A stretch of 64,000 bases of DNA. Source: Octopus sinensis (lineage: Eukaryota). Positions within the stretch are counted from its first letter, which is position 1. Each line of letters starts with the position of its first letter. Shown piece by piece: positions 11,910-24,675 of the stretch. The notes beneath the pieces are model-generated. The model saw nothing but the letters and a program-made list of their open reading frames with translations, did not search any database and was not told where the DNA came from. The stretch covers positions 158,596,001 to 158,660,000 of the forward strand of contig NC_043000.1 in assembly GCF_006345805.1 (NCBI RefSeq). The letters are read 5' to 3'. Made by a program: the position numbers and the translations under genes.

Positions 11910-14900
11910 GGACTTTACCCGAGTAAGTAATACTAATTGAAATTTATTACTATTTTCGAAATGAAATGATGCATTTTGACTCGATATCATCTCCATCTCT
12001 AACGCAACACATGCGTGAAACATCACGATCATCCCTGACCCCAAACACCATGTACAAAGGAACTACGAAGAAATTAAATGCCACCGATACTATTCAACCC
12101 AAGAATAACAATCGAGCGGTACGTACATTAAATTTACAACAAAAAATGTACGAAAAACTACACGTGCGAAATAATGTGACAACAGAAATAAACGGACCGG
12201 TACCCTACGAAAATGACGACCGTCAAAATAATGGGCCGGACGTTGTACCTCATGTCCCGCAAATAAAACCCAAAAGACGTAAATGGACACGTGAGGAATA
12301 CATTTCTATCTTACACGCATACTTCACAGCAGTACTCTACCCAAAAAATGTAAATACAACAACACATACATATAAAATATGGAAGGAAAATAATAGAGAT
12401 ATAGACTTGGATACAGCAATGAACCCTAATAAATTAGCTAACGTACGAAGATACATTCTCAACACAAAAAAAATATCAGAAATAGAAATAGAACACCTAA
12501 AAGAAAACATACACCAGGAAAATGTAGATAGAAGCCACACAACAATGCCCAATAATATAAACACTGAAACTGTAAAACACGAAGACAAACGCAACATTCC
12601 CAACAAACACGATGTAAACAACGAAGGGGAGCCTAATGATTATGATAATATAAAAAATAAAATAATCAAAGAACTGAAAACCACAGAGCTCAAAATGGAC
12701 TACCGACCATACCTCCCAAGAATCAAAATAAACGAAATAACAACACCTATTATAAACAGCATAAACCTAGCCGTCACTGAACTGATAGCCACTGAATCAA
12801 AAAAAAGTGATATCACTGAGCTAAATAACCTAATATACGCAGCAGCCACTGCAGCCACAAAAGAAGCTGGATACTCACCCAAACCCGCCCAAACAGGAGT
12901 ACCACCACCCAAACAAACCCTGTGGATAAATAACATCCAAAGCAAAATAAAAAAAATTAGAAAAGACCTGTCGATTCTTAATGAAATCAGCAAAGAATCA
13001 ACGCTACTGAGCAACAAAAAGAGAACAAAAATACTCCGCAAATATAACATGACAGAGAAAGATTTGCCTGAAATAAAAGAAAAGCTGAAGCAAGATATCC
13101 TTGCCAAAGCACAAAGGATCCGCCGGTACAAGAAACGCCAACGCTTCTTTGAAGAAAACAAAAAGTTCAGCTCCAACCCCAAAAAGTTCTACCAAGAACT
13201 GGGCAAAAATAAAATAGAAGTCACTGCAGCACCAACGGCAGAAGAATTGGAAGAATTCTGGAGAGAGATATGGTCGGCGAACGAACCACCAAAGAAAAGG
13301 AGTATCAAAATTACAAACTCGGCATCTGAACAACTTTGGACCCCCATAACAACTGAAGAGGTCACCCAGGCCCTGCAAAGACTAAGCAACTGGAAGGCAC
13401 CTGGGCATGACAAGATCCCCAACTTCTGGTTGAAATATCTAACAGGAATGCACAAAAAGCTGGCTGAAAACTTTAACAACGTACTAGCAGAGCCAGAGAC
13501 AATGCCTGAATGGCTCACGAAGGGGAAAACCATCTTAATTCCCAAATCAAATGAAACAGAAAAACCAGAAAACTACAGACCAATAACCTGCCTCCCTACT
13601 ATGTTCAAGGCATTTACTGCAGTGATATCACAAAGGCTGAACAAGCACCTGGACGAAAACAAACTGTTCCCAGAAGAGCAGAAAGGATGCCGAAAAGGCT
13701 CATATGGCTGTAAAGATCAACTAATGATTAATAAAGCCAAAACTGAAGACAGCCACAGAAAGAAGAAATGCCTCAGTATGGCCTGGATTGACTACAAAAA
13801 GGCGTTTGATAGCATCCCCCACACATGGATCCTCGAAACACTAGCCATTAACAAAGTAGCACCAACAATCATAAAATTCATAGAGCACTCTATGAATAAA
13901 TGGCAAACACTCCTACACCTCCAAACAAAAGAGGGACTCATGAAAACCAAAGACATCCCCATTAGAAGAGGAATATTCCAGGGAGACACGCTCTCTCCAC
14001 TCCTTTTCTGCTTGGCACTGTCACCTCTATCTGATATGCTAAATAGAACTGGATGCGGATATAAATGTTACGGCAAAACGATCAGCCACCTTTTATATAT
14101 GGATGACCTAAAACTATACGCTGCAAATGACAAACAGCTGGAAACACTATTAAAGACAGTTCATGGATTTACCAAAGAAATAGATATGAAATTTGGATTA
14201 GAAAAATGCGCCAAAGTAACCATGAAAAGAGGAAAACTAGTTAAGAGTAACAACATCACACTAGATAAAACCAATGAAATAAAAGAATTAGACCAAAGCC
14301 AAACTTACAAATACTTAGGAATCCATGAACTAGATAAGACACAACACACACAAATGAAAGAGAAAATAAAAAAAGAATATTATAGACGAGTTAGATAAAT
14401 ACTAAACACAGAGCTCAATGCTAAAACAAGATAATAGGTATCAACACTTTAGCTGTCCCAGTTATAAGTTACAGCTACAATATCCTTAACTGGACACGAA
14501 ATGAACTGGCCAAAATAGATAGGAAAACAAGAAAAATAATCACAGGATCTAGGATGCATCACCCAAAATCTGACATAGAAAGACTATATATACAACGTAT
14601 AGAAGGTGGTAGAGGCCTTATACAGCTGGAAAACTACTATAAAATAACCACCATAGGACTGCAAAAATATCTACTTCAGAAGGAAGGAAAACTGATCCAG
14701 ATAGCGGCAAAACACGAGCAAAACAAAAAACTGTTCTCAGTATTTAAGGAAGCTGACAAATACAAACAAGAAATCATACCACCTAATAAACATGAAGAAG
14801 AAGAGAAGAAGATGAAGAAACAACAAAAGCTATAAAACAAATGAAATCCAAACTAAAAACAGAACAGCAACGAACCATGATAAAACGATGGCAAGAAAAG

Positions 14901-15755
14901 CCCCTTCATGGTAAATACTGCACTAAACTAAACGCAAAAGAAATAGATAAAGAAAAATCCCAGCAATGGTTGAGAAGCTCAGGACTCAAAGCAGAAACAG
15001 AGGGATTTTTAATTGCAGCACAAGACCAAAGCCTCCCCACCAGAAATTACCAAAAACATGTAATGAAAAGAAATATTACAAGTAACTGCAGAATATGTGG
15101 AGATGGACAAGAAACAATAAATCATATTATCTCTAGCTGCCCAGTCCTGGCTAAGAAGGAATATATTCACAGACATGACAGAGTTGGAACCTACATACAT
15201 TGGAAGCTATGCCAACATTATGGAATAACAACAGAAAAAAGATGGTATAGGCACACACCAGAAAAGGTCACAGAAAACGAGAAAGCAACCATACTCTGGG
15301 ATATGCCGATACACACAGATAGAGAAATTAAGGCCAACAGACCAGATATAGTTGTCAGAGATCATGAAGAAAAAAATGCTTTTTATTGATGTATCAATAC
15401 CGGCAGATGACAACGTGTCTCTAAAAGAAATGGAGAAACTCTCAAAATACAAAGACCTGGAAATAGAGGTAACTAGAATGTGGAATCTGAAAACAGAAAC
15501 AATTCCTATCATAGTAGGTGCATTAGGCATGATAAAAGAATATTCAGACAAATTTCATAACAAACACACCAGGACTTACAAACACATATAACATACAGAA
15601 AATTGCACTACTAGGCACTGCCCACATCCTACGCAGAACACTTTCCATACAATAACCATCAGAGCATCACAACAAATCACAGCACATACCCAAGGCACAC
15701 AGAGCTGCGCTCGGTAGTGAAGTGAAAGCACGCTATAAAAATAAAAATAAAACTA
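11910..15755 (+). mobile_element. near-full-length R4/Dong-like non-LTR retrotransposon (lineage A), inactivated
   Basis: Single ORF with N-terminal KRRKWTREE (Myb/SANT-like) and RT (WIDYKKAFDS, GIFQGDTLSP, YMDD). It then has CCHC (CRICG..ETINHIISSC) and RLE (RPDIVV..IDVS.P..K..KY), and no APE endonuclease. Flanked by (TAA)n and (GAA)/(TAA). Confidence 0.92.
11966..15655 (+). pseudogene. R4/Dong ORF (RT-ZnF-RLE) with premature stop at 14396-14398 and several frameshifts
   Basis: ORF-track pieces 11966..14398, 14554..14835, 14841..15389 and 15352..15591; terminal LGTAHILRRTLSIQ* ends at 15655. The sister copy has TCA where this copy has TAA. Confidence 0.88.
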
Positions 15756-16566
15756 AAGAAGAAGAAGAAGAAGAATAGTGATAATAATAATAGCAATAAC
15801 AATAATATCAAGTATAATAACAATATAGAGAGAATAATATTGTTAGTAATAACTATAATAGTAATAAAAGGAATGATGTTGGTGTTAGAAGCAACAGTAG
15901 AACTGACAATAATTGCAACCCTAACGTTGACAAATATGGCAGCTGTAGTAACAATGGTGCCATACGCGAGGACTATGGCAGTCAAATAGCCAACAGTAGC
16001 AATCATGATACTGTGCGTCAGTCGACAACTTCAGCCTCTAAATACATTACATTTATATGTAACACTACTAGCCACCCTAGTAGCAACAATGGTATTAGTG
16101 GTGGCTATGAAACCTTAAGCCGTAACATTGATAAGACGCAATTAATCCGGATTACATCCTTTTCGATTGTAACATAAATGGAAATTATGTAGCTATTGAT
16201 GATCAAGCTAACTCTTTTAAATTCACCGTTGCAATGGTAGTGCTATTACTATTAACAATAATCCCCCTGTCTCTTTCTAAACATCGGAAATTTCGGGTAA
16301 TTTCCTCGGATCTAACAGTAGTTATCACTCTCTGTGGTCCTTGAATAACACTAATCCTCTAAATTATGTAATTGTCAGAAAGAAAAAAGCTAATATGCTC
16401 CCTACATAGTCTATGCCTCACTAAAAATATTGTCTATATGTGTGACGTATTAACAGATCTAAACACTTTAAACTTGATCTGTTCTACTTCTTGCAAATTA
16501 AAACGAATAATATGTAATTATTCTTATACTTTCAATTAGAGTAATGAGGCTGAGGTTACATCAGCT

Positions 16567-16632
16567 CTTTTACTCTTTTACTCTTTTACTTGTTTCAGTC
16601 ATTTGGCTGCAGACATACTGGAGCACCACCTG
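16567..16632 (-). mobile_element. SINE-B 3'-end fragment with (AGTAAAAG)x3 tail
   Basis: CTTTTACT x3 at 16567-16590, then TGTTTCAGTCATTTG...GGAGCACCACC. Confidence 0.75.
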
Positions 16633-19341
16633 TAGAAAAATGGGGAACTAGAAGACAAAAAATTAGATTCCAAATCACCCGAAGCCAAATAGATTATGCA
16701 TCGCCGTATTTAAATACTAGGTATGAGTGTACCATTTGGTGCACTGAACCATGGAAAATACTTAAATATTCAGGCAATATCTGTAACAAGTCTAATGAAC
16801 TTAGAGTGAAATGCTCGTATTACATTAGAAACGCATTTTAATATACTATTTACCGAACAGTCTTCGAAACTACTATTTATCTCTAACTTCATATACTGTT
16901 AAAACCATACTCTGTATCGTAGGGAAATATACTCATTTCATTTAAATATTATTTAAATCTTTAAATATTATTGAAGTGACATTAAGAGATCGGTCTCCTG
17001 GTTACGCATTCTTATTATATTTGTTTCCAAATTCTTTATTCAATAACTAGTGAAATATTTAATAATCCGTTATATCACCTCCTAAGCTTCTATCATTAGT
17101 CGTAGAAAGTAATTAGCTACGTCATTACTATAAAACATCATTACATATTTATATTTCTAAATTCCTGGCTATTGTGATATTTCCTGTTTACAGACTGATA
17201 TCATTTTTTTAATGGACAACTGTACGTTATATTCGGTTGTACTTTCTGGTATTTCAGTGAGCTTAATTTCTCTAACATTCTCTAACAGCAAAAAATGTCT
17301 CACTGTTGTTTGTTTATACAATTTTATGTATTTATAGCAATTAAAAATGTGAATCACGTTCATTAGAAAGGATCGAATGTATATTTATTTTCATATACAT
17401 AACACTTCAGTGTTATGTTTCTTAAGCAATATTCCTATTTTTATTGAAATATATTATATCTCTAAAGACTTGTAATCGGTATGTTTATGGCAAGTAATAT
17501 TTACACTACATTAATTTTACTAATCTATATGTTTTAATAATTATATATTATTATTATTGTATTTTATATATTATATTTTAATAATTATAAAGTTAGGCAC
17601 GATGATAAAACCTGTCTCATATATCTCCGAAATATTTACCCCCTATATAATTTTCTATTTGGAACGTTGATTATCTTACAATATCCCTGTAGAAACTTTC
17701 AAAGCTTTACCGTATCAAAATATTTCCTGTTTTGTTTTAGCTTGTGTTGATGTTTTAACAATTTTCTATGCACGCACATTCACATCCTTAGTATAATAAC
17801 ATGCAGAAAGAGAAACATACAAATAGTCATACGGCTTCAAATTCTCTGTATTAATAGAGCTTCCTGCAGGAAGCTATTGTTTATAGGAATTTAATTTTTT
17901 TGTTTTCTTGCAGAATCTATTATACAACATTTGTCAATAGAACATTAAGTTACATCGAAAATATAGTTCGTTGATCGCAACTTGGAAATACTATACATCT
18001 TTAGAAAGTATTGACAAGCAATTCAATCCATTAACATAAACTACAATTATTACAATGGATTCAAATCAAGTTTTACAGTTAAACGATATTGTATCAGAAA
18101 TCCTCGTCCATGTAGTTACATCACCATGTTTTTCTTCACACATAAGTATAAAATGTTATATTGTATTCGCAATCAACTGCACGTATATTAAAAATCCTAC
18201 GAGTTCGTTTTGTGACATTCGGCATATTTGAAATAATATGTAGCACCTTACAATTTGACTGAAACATTATTGCATTAAAGATACTCAACACCCATGTCAA
18301 GTGCATGTTGTAGAATGATATTTCTATGTAAACGAACTAATCATATATAGCATGCTTGTCATGCAGATCAATGAGTAAATAATTGCAAACGTCAGAGTTG
18401 CTAGAGCGTTGCTAGTTCATTTGACTATATTAATGAGCAGTTTGCGAAAATAAGAGCTCCGTTGATGAACAAGTAATTAATTAAAAAGAGCAGCAGTAAT
18501 TAACTACTTTGATTTAGATGTAGTACTTCGTGATAAATTTAAGTTGGCTGAATTAGAAATTAGTGAATAGTGATTAAATGACAAATACTGAGAAGTAAAT
18601 TTTCAAGCGCGAGATGGAGCATTATATAACAAATATATTGTTAGTTGTTTCATTTACTCATGTAGTTATTTTTTCAATTATTTTTGTACTGTGTTAGATA
18701 TAAAAATTTTCGTTGATATTTTTATCTAATATCAATTAACAGCTTGCCTATATGGACTACAAAGAATATCGATGGATACGGATACTATTCAAATAGTATT
18801 AATGAAATATATTGGCTATAATATTTTGTTGAATCTCGACTTATAAATAATCAGAATATATTTGTCAGGAAACGTGCTTGGATATATTTATTGGAAATTC
18901 ACACATTTTTCATAACATTAATTACGTGTCTATTATGTAATTATTACAGTATCTTAATTTACCATCGTTAATTCTACTTTTACTAATCTAATCTTATATG
19001 AGTTTGCGTTTCGTATTTATCAGTTACACTTCAAGCCGTTGAATATATCTGAAATATTTAACATGAGCAGCAACTATTTTGGAGAGGCGACTTCTTGAGA
19101 CATACACAATTACGTACATACATGCACACAATATACAAGCATACATATTTATATACATATACACAAACACACCATCAGACACCCATATACTCATACATAT
19201 ATGCATATTATATACATTATAAATACATATTTTTACATGGAAATTTACGTGTGTATTTGTTTGCGTGTGGTGTTGATGTCTGCACGCACCTGTGTAGATT
19301 AGGAAAAACGTCATTTTAAACGTATTATTGAAGTCTTTGAA

Positions 19342-19562
19342 AGTGATGAGCTGGAAGAATCGTCAGCACGCCGGGTGAAATGCTTAGCGGTATTTCGCCC
19401 GTTGCTACGTTCTGTGTTCAATTTCCGCCGAGGTCGACTTTGCCTCTTATTCTTCGGGGTCGATAAATTAAGTACCAGTTGAGTACTGGGGTTGATCTAG
19501 TCGACTGGCCCTCAACTCCTCCAAAATGTCAGGCTTTGTGCCTATAACAGAAAGGATTATTA
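19342..19562 (+). mobile_element. SINE family A, alternative 3' tail
   Basis: Same head and core as 1070; the tail differs and ends GGATTATT. Confidence 0.82.
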
Positions 19563-19816
19563 GAGACAAGGCAGGGTTCACAGCTGGTATTCGTTTTTAG
19601 AAGCTGTTTTGAAATTTCCTTATTAATTCTTTATTTTGAAATGGAAATGTAGTTTTTCTCCAGCCATAAGTCAAATTAATTTTCGAAGGTAGCTTAGGTC
19701 CATCGTAAGAATTTTTAAAATAATGTAGTTTGACTTGTTTCCGTGTACATTGCACTGGTTCCATGTAAGTTTCACTGAATTATCTTTTACATTTTTCACG
19801 CTGGATTTCAATATTA

Positions 19817-20016
19817 GCTTCCAATTTTGGCAGGAGGCCAGTCATTTAGGGGAGGGAGTAAGACGATTACATTTACCTAGTGCTCAATTGGTACTTATTT
19901 TATAGGCCCCAGAAGGATGTAAAGGCAATAGCGACTTCAGCAGAACTTGATCTCACAACGTAAAAGCGGACTAAATACCGTTTAGTATTTTGCCTGATGC
20001 ACTAACGATTCTGTCA
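19817..20016 (-). mobile_element. degenerate SINE family A
   Basis: Reverse complement GACAGAATCGTTAGTGC...AATAAGTACCAATTGAGCACT aligns with family A. Confidence 0.7.
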
Positions 20017-20464
20017 TTACCGTTGCGCTTAAATTCATCAGGTTTTCAGAATAGGTCCCATTTTCACAATTTTTACACTTTAAATTATGTTCTTAATCCC
20101 AGTCTGATTACCTATTAAGACATCATGACGATATATTTATCGTGATCAACAACGACGAATAGGATGTTAATTTAAAAGAGAATTTAAAAAGGCATGTAAA
20201 TGCTTTTACATGCCACAAATAATGAATACACATATAAATTCTTGATATCCGTTGCTAAATCATTTATTAAATGATTTTTATGTTATATAGTATCCCAAGA
20301 AGCCCTACAGAGGAAATTATAAGGTTAAAAGAAATATTAGCTACCCCATGTGCGCAACAAACGAATGTCGTATTCTACATTAAATAAATATATCTTGATT
20401 AGTTAAGAAATCCAAATACAAGTCTCTTACCTCATTCAACCGATACTCGCCATTACTCATACTC

Positions 20465-20883
20465 ATTTCTCATTTACTCATTTACATGTTTCAGTCATTT
20501 GACTGCGGCCATGCTGGAGCACCGCCTTTAGTCGAGCAAATCGACCCCGGGACTTATTCTTTGTAAGCCCAGTACTTATTCTATCGGTCTCTTTTGCCGA
20601 ACCGCTAGGTGACGGGGACGTAAACACACCAGCATCGGTTGTCAAGCAATGCTAGGGGGACAAACATAGACACACAAACACATACACACACACCCATATA
20701 TATATATATATACATATATACGACAGGCTTCTTTCAGTTTCCGTCTACCAAATCCACTCACAAGGCATTGGTCGGCTCAGGGCTATAGCAGAAGACACTT
20801 GCCCAAGGTGCCACGCAGTAGGACTGAACCGAGAACCATGAGGTTGGTTAGCAAGCTACTTACCACACAGCCACTCCTGCGCC
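20465..20883 (-). mobile_element. full-length SINE family B (OR2/CORE-like)
   Basis: Head GGCGCAGGAGTGGCTGTGTGGTAAG with A/B boxes, CORE-like ACCTTGGGCAAGTGTCTT, internal (TA)/(TG) repeat, tail CATGGCCGCAGTCAAATGACTGAAAC. The OR2 name comes from recalled literature and was not checked. Confidence 0.88.
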
Positions 20884-21791
20884 TATTAGAGCATATTAGA
20901 GCATATTACATAAACATGAGGATGAAAGTTTCTATAGGACAAAAACTGCAAAATACTAATGTACTTCAAAATACTAATGATATTTACTAATTACAATATG
21001 GAAGTTGTAATCTTCTTGAGTCAAATTACTACATTGGACATAAAAATACTACATTTGCAGTTTCACCAACCACTTTAAATAAGAATCATCGCAATATGCT
21101 ATAATGTCTCACGTACAATAAAAATCGATAGAAAATCAATACGTGACAACACTCAATTTTATACTAAGTTTCGCAAAATGTGAAGGAAACCCATGAATGA
21201 TTTCCTAAGAGAATTATATAAGCTAAATATCAATTTACATATACAACACATGGAAAAGAAATATAAATCTAACGGCCTGTTACTCTAAATAGTTTTGAAA
21301 TCCGGTATTGAGGTGACGAAGTAAAGCTACCACCACCTCATGAACATTTGCGATTCAATGCAAATCGCATGGAAACACATTGCCCATCAGTGGATAGAAA
21401 TATGATAGCTTCGAAATGTAAATACGCTAATGGATTTCAGAATGTTAAATCCACTATCACATTCTCATTCTCGCAATACTGGCATCCCCTCAAACAGTTA
21501 TAACTAAACTGAAATAAATTTTAGTTTAGTTTGTAAGTGGGATTGGATATTGCAAACTTTTAACGGTTATTAGATGATACAACGCTACAGATGCACGCAC
21601 TCACTCAGAAACAAAACAAACTCATTGTTACACAAGCATGCATTCAAAATCGGTTCTGCAGGTAAACTTGATTTCGGTAGAAAGGAGGGCGATTTTCTTA
21701 CAGTTGTTGGTATTGAATATCGGTAGGATACAAAACGTCGGAAAAAGTACCCATCTTTGTTTGATTAGGATCGAAGCTCATTAAAGTTATA

Positions 21792-23073
21792 CGAGGGGCG
21801 TTCAATAAGTAATGCCCCTGACCCACTTCCCATAGCAGTAGAGCAACGAAACTTGGCACAGTTATTAGTCTTTTTCTACATAGGAACAACCCAGAGGTAC
21901 GCATTTCTCCCATCGTTTGATGCAGTTCTGGAGACCGTTTTCGTAGAAGACCCCAGCTTGGTCCTCCAACCACGACGTGACTTCAGAAATCAAGGCTGCA
22001 TCATCTGGGAAACGCTTTCCTTTCAAAAACAACTTCATGGCTGGGAAGAGGTGAAAATCAGAGGGTGCAAGGTCAGGAGAGTAGGGAGATGGGGGAAGAA
22101 TTCATAGCCGCACGCCTGTGCTTCTGATCTGGCGACACGCGAGCTGTGGACCGGAGCGTTGTCCTGCAGGAGGAGGATGCTTTTGCTGATCTTGCCCCGC
22201 CTCTTGGTTTCGATAGCTTCTCTTAATTTCCTCAAAAGTGAAACATGATAGGCTCCTGTAATTGTGGTACCCTTTGCCAGGAAATCTGTCATCACTACTC
22301 CGTCCTGGTCCCAGAAGACTGTAAGCATGACCTTGCCAGCGGAGGGCTGCACCCTTGCCTTCTTTGGAGGAGGTGAGTCATGGTGCTTCCACTGCATTGA
22401 CTGAGCTTTGGTCTCTGGATCACAGTGATGGACCCAGGTCTCATCCTGTGTAATCAGTCTTTTGAAAAATTTTGACTCATCTTCTTGGTACATCCCTAAA
22501 TTGCTTCTGGAATTCTTGCGTTCTTGCTTCTGGAAAAGTGTGAGCAACCTGGAAATCCATCTGGCAGACACCTTTTGCATATGCAAATGGTCATGAATGA
22601 TAGTTTCCACAGACCCGGTACTAATCTTGACCTCATGGGCTATTTGGCGAATAGTTATGCGTCGATCTTCCAAAATGGCAGCCTCAACTTCACGGACAGA
22701 TGCCTCATCAATGGCAGAAGGGGTGCGACCAGATCTGGGAGCTGTTTCCACAGAGTTTGTTTGAATTCACGATGCCAGCGTTTTACAAGGTCATATGATG
22801 GGGCATCATCACCATAAGTTACTTTCATTTCATTAAAAGTCTCCTGTGGTGTGCGTCATTTCAAATACAAAAACCGGATCACTGCTCGACACTCAACATG
22901 CTCCATTTCCCACTTGACTCATTTCAAACACCTGTAAATCAGAAACCACAATTAGTTCGGAGCTGCAATTTGCAACGTAATTTATAGAGATATAAATAAT
23001 TGCACATGCAAAACTTCAGCTAGATCAAACAAAGGCAAGAGGGTCAGAGGCATTACTTATTGAACGCCCCTCG
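21792..23073 (-). mobile_element. full-length mariner (D34D) DNA transposon, 1282 bp
   Basis: 33-bp TIRs CGAGGGGCGTTCAATAAGTAATGCC(C/T)CTGACCC with one mismatch; TA on both sides (21790-21791, 23074-23075); internal transposase. Confidence 0.95.
21865..22906 (-). pseudogene. mariner transposase, one premature stop (22856-22858) and one frameshift (~22086)
   Basis: MEHVECRAVIRFLYLK*; ITQDETWVHH; LLQDNAPVH; YSPDLAPSDFHLF. There are 34 residues between the second and third catalytic D after repairing the frameshift. Confidence 0.9.
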
Positions 23074-23772
23074 TATTATCAGTATCACACTTCACGCTCA
23101 TCCACACAACCAAACCACAATATTCTTTTTCACGTCGTGCATGCAAACGTGAGTATAAACAGGGCAAACCGAGATGGTTTCAAAGAAGTAAAAGAATGAG
23201 ATAGATAGATAGATAGAGAGAGAAAATTGCGAGAGAAAAAGACAAAGTGATAGAGGGAGAGAGTGTTAGCTATTGTAGTGACATATACTTATTGTCTACG
23301 TAAAGAGAAAATGTGCACTTACTGAAGTGTTGTCCTGTAGTTTCTAGCCAATGTACAAGTGAGATGGTCTTGTCATATTCATATTCGGGTTTGTTCGTTC
23401 TGGAACCTTCCATTTGATGATGTCTATGTCCTTTGCCTTGATTTTCTGCAGACATTTCAACACAGCTATAGACATAATCTTTTCTTTATTACTATAAAAG
23501 GAAATATGTCTCGAAATTGTAAATAAAATTTCTGTCAGTCATTCCAGTGTATATTTTTTTAATTTACTGTTCATGTTACATTGGAGCTGTCCCCGATCCT
23601 TTATTGTTACAAAGACGTTCAGGTTGAGAGGACATGATACTTCCCTGCATCCTTTAATATAGATGGTTTGCTTGTTATTATATATCTAAATTTACATTTG
23701 TCACTATAGGCCACTTTGAGTTCATTGATTAAATATGGTCCTGTAACTATTTTGGTTAGAAAAATGTTTGTA

Positions 23773-24675
23773 ACATCAATTGGAGGAATTTTTCTCTCTT
23801 TTATACTTATTTGCGTTTAATGCAATAGGTGCAGTAAAAAAAAAACAGCGTGTTATGTACCCTAGATTTGTGGGGGTAATTAAGAGGTATCGGTATGTAA
23901 CTAATCATAAATGCGACGCCGCTACTTGTTAAAACATTATTTTACTATTCCTATTTAACCAAAGGGAAAGTTTACCTTGATGTTTGAACCAACGAGTTAA
24001 TCAGTTGAGTATCAAGATTCGAAACGTATATTATTGCAGTCAGTACAGATGGTAAATAGATAAGAAAGCAGTCCACTGTGATGTCTCACAGAAAAGTTTA
24101 AATATGTGCACCAAAAATCTAAAAGCTTTCGTGTCAAATGTGTGAAGTCTAAATTAGGTGTATCATATTTGAGGTTCATAAATTTGTCGGTTCAGAGATA
24201 AATTTCGGAGCAGAGCACAGAAGGTGATTAAAATAATGCGATGCAATTTGTGGCGGTGGTGCTGGCCTTGGAGTGTTAAAATAGCAATTTCCCCATAAAT
24301 CATCGTTATAATGACGGAAGATCATAATTAAAAAAGTAATCCAAGTTGTCCGAAAGCAAGGTAGTCATGATTAGGAACGTAATTTCCGAAAACTGACTTC
24401 AATAACAAAATATAAACCACAAAATGCAATTAGTGAGGTGTATGAGAGAGTGAAATTGTTGCATTTTACTGAAATAAATATCGCCAGAGGTAAAAGAATT
24501 AAGAACTTCACTTACGGTTATTTTTCCTTTTACATACCTTCACTGTTGTGTATAAAAAAAAATCAAGAATGAAGTCTATTCTATTACACCTATACTTAAT
24601 ATGTTTTTCTTTACTGCACCTTTCGCATTAAACGCAAATAAGTATAAAAGAGAGAAAAATTCCTCCAACTGATGT
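23773..24675. mobile_element. putative non-autonomous DNA element with ~74-bp inverted repeats
   Basis: 23773-23846 is the near-exact reverse complement of 24602-24675; no TSD or transposase identified. Confidence 0.55.

Noticed and set aside
11910-11965. HDV-like ribozyme in the R4/Dong 5' UTR
   Set aside because: The segment is only ~55 nt, AT-rich, and cannot form the nested double pseudoknot.
12090-13989. Antisense ORFs over the R4/Dong RT (also 15009-15551, 29254-30096, 31283-32998)
   Set aside because: Shadow frames of a coding sequence; no recognisable motifs.
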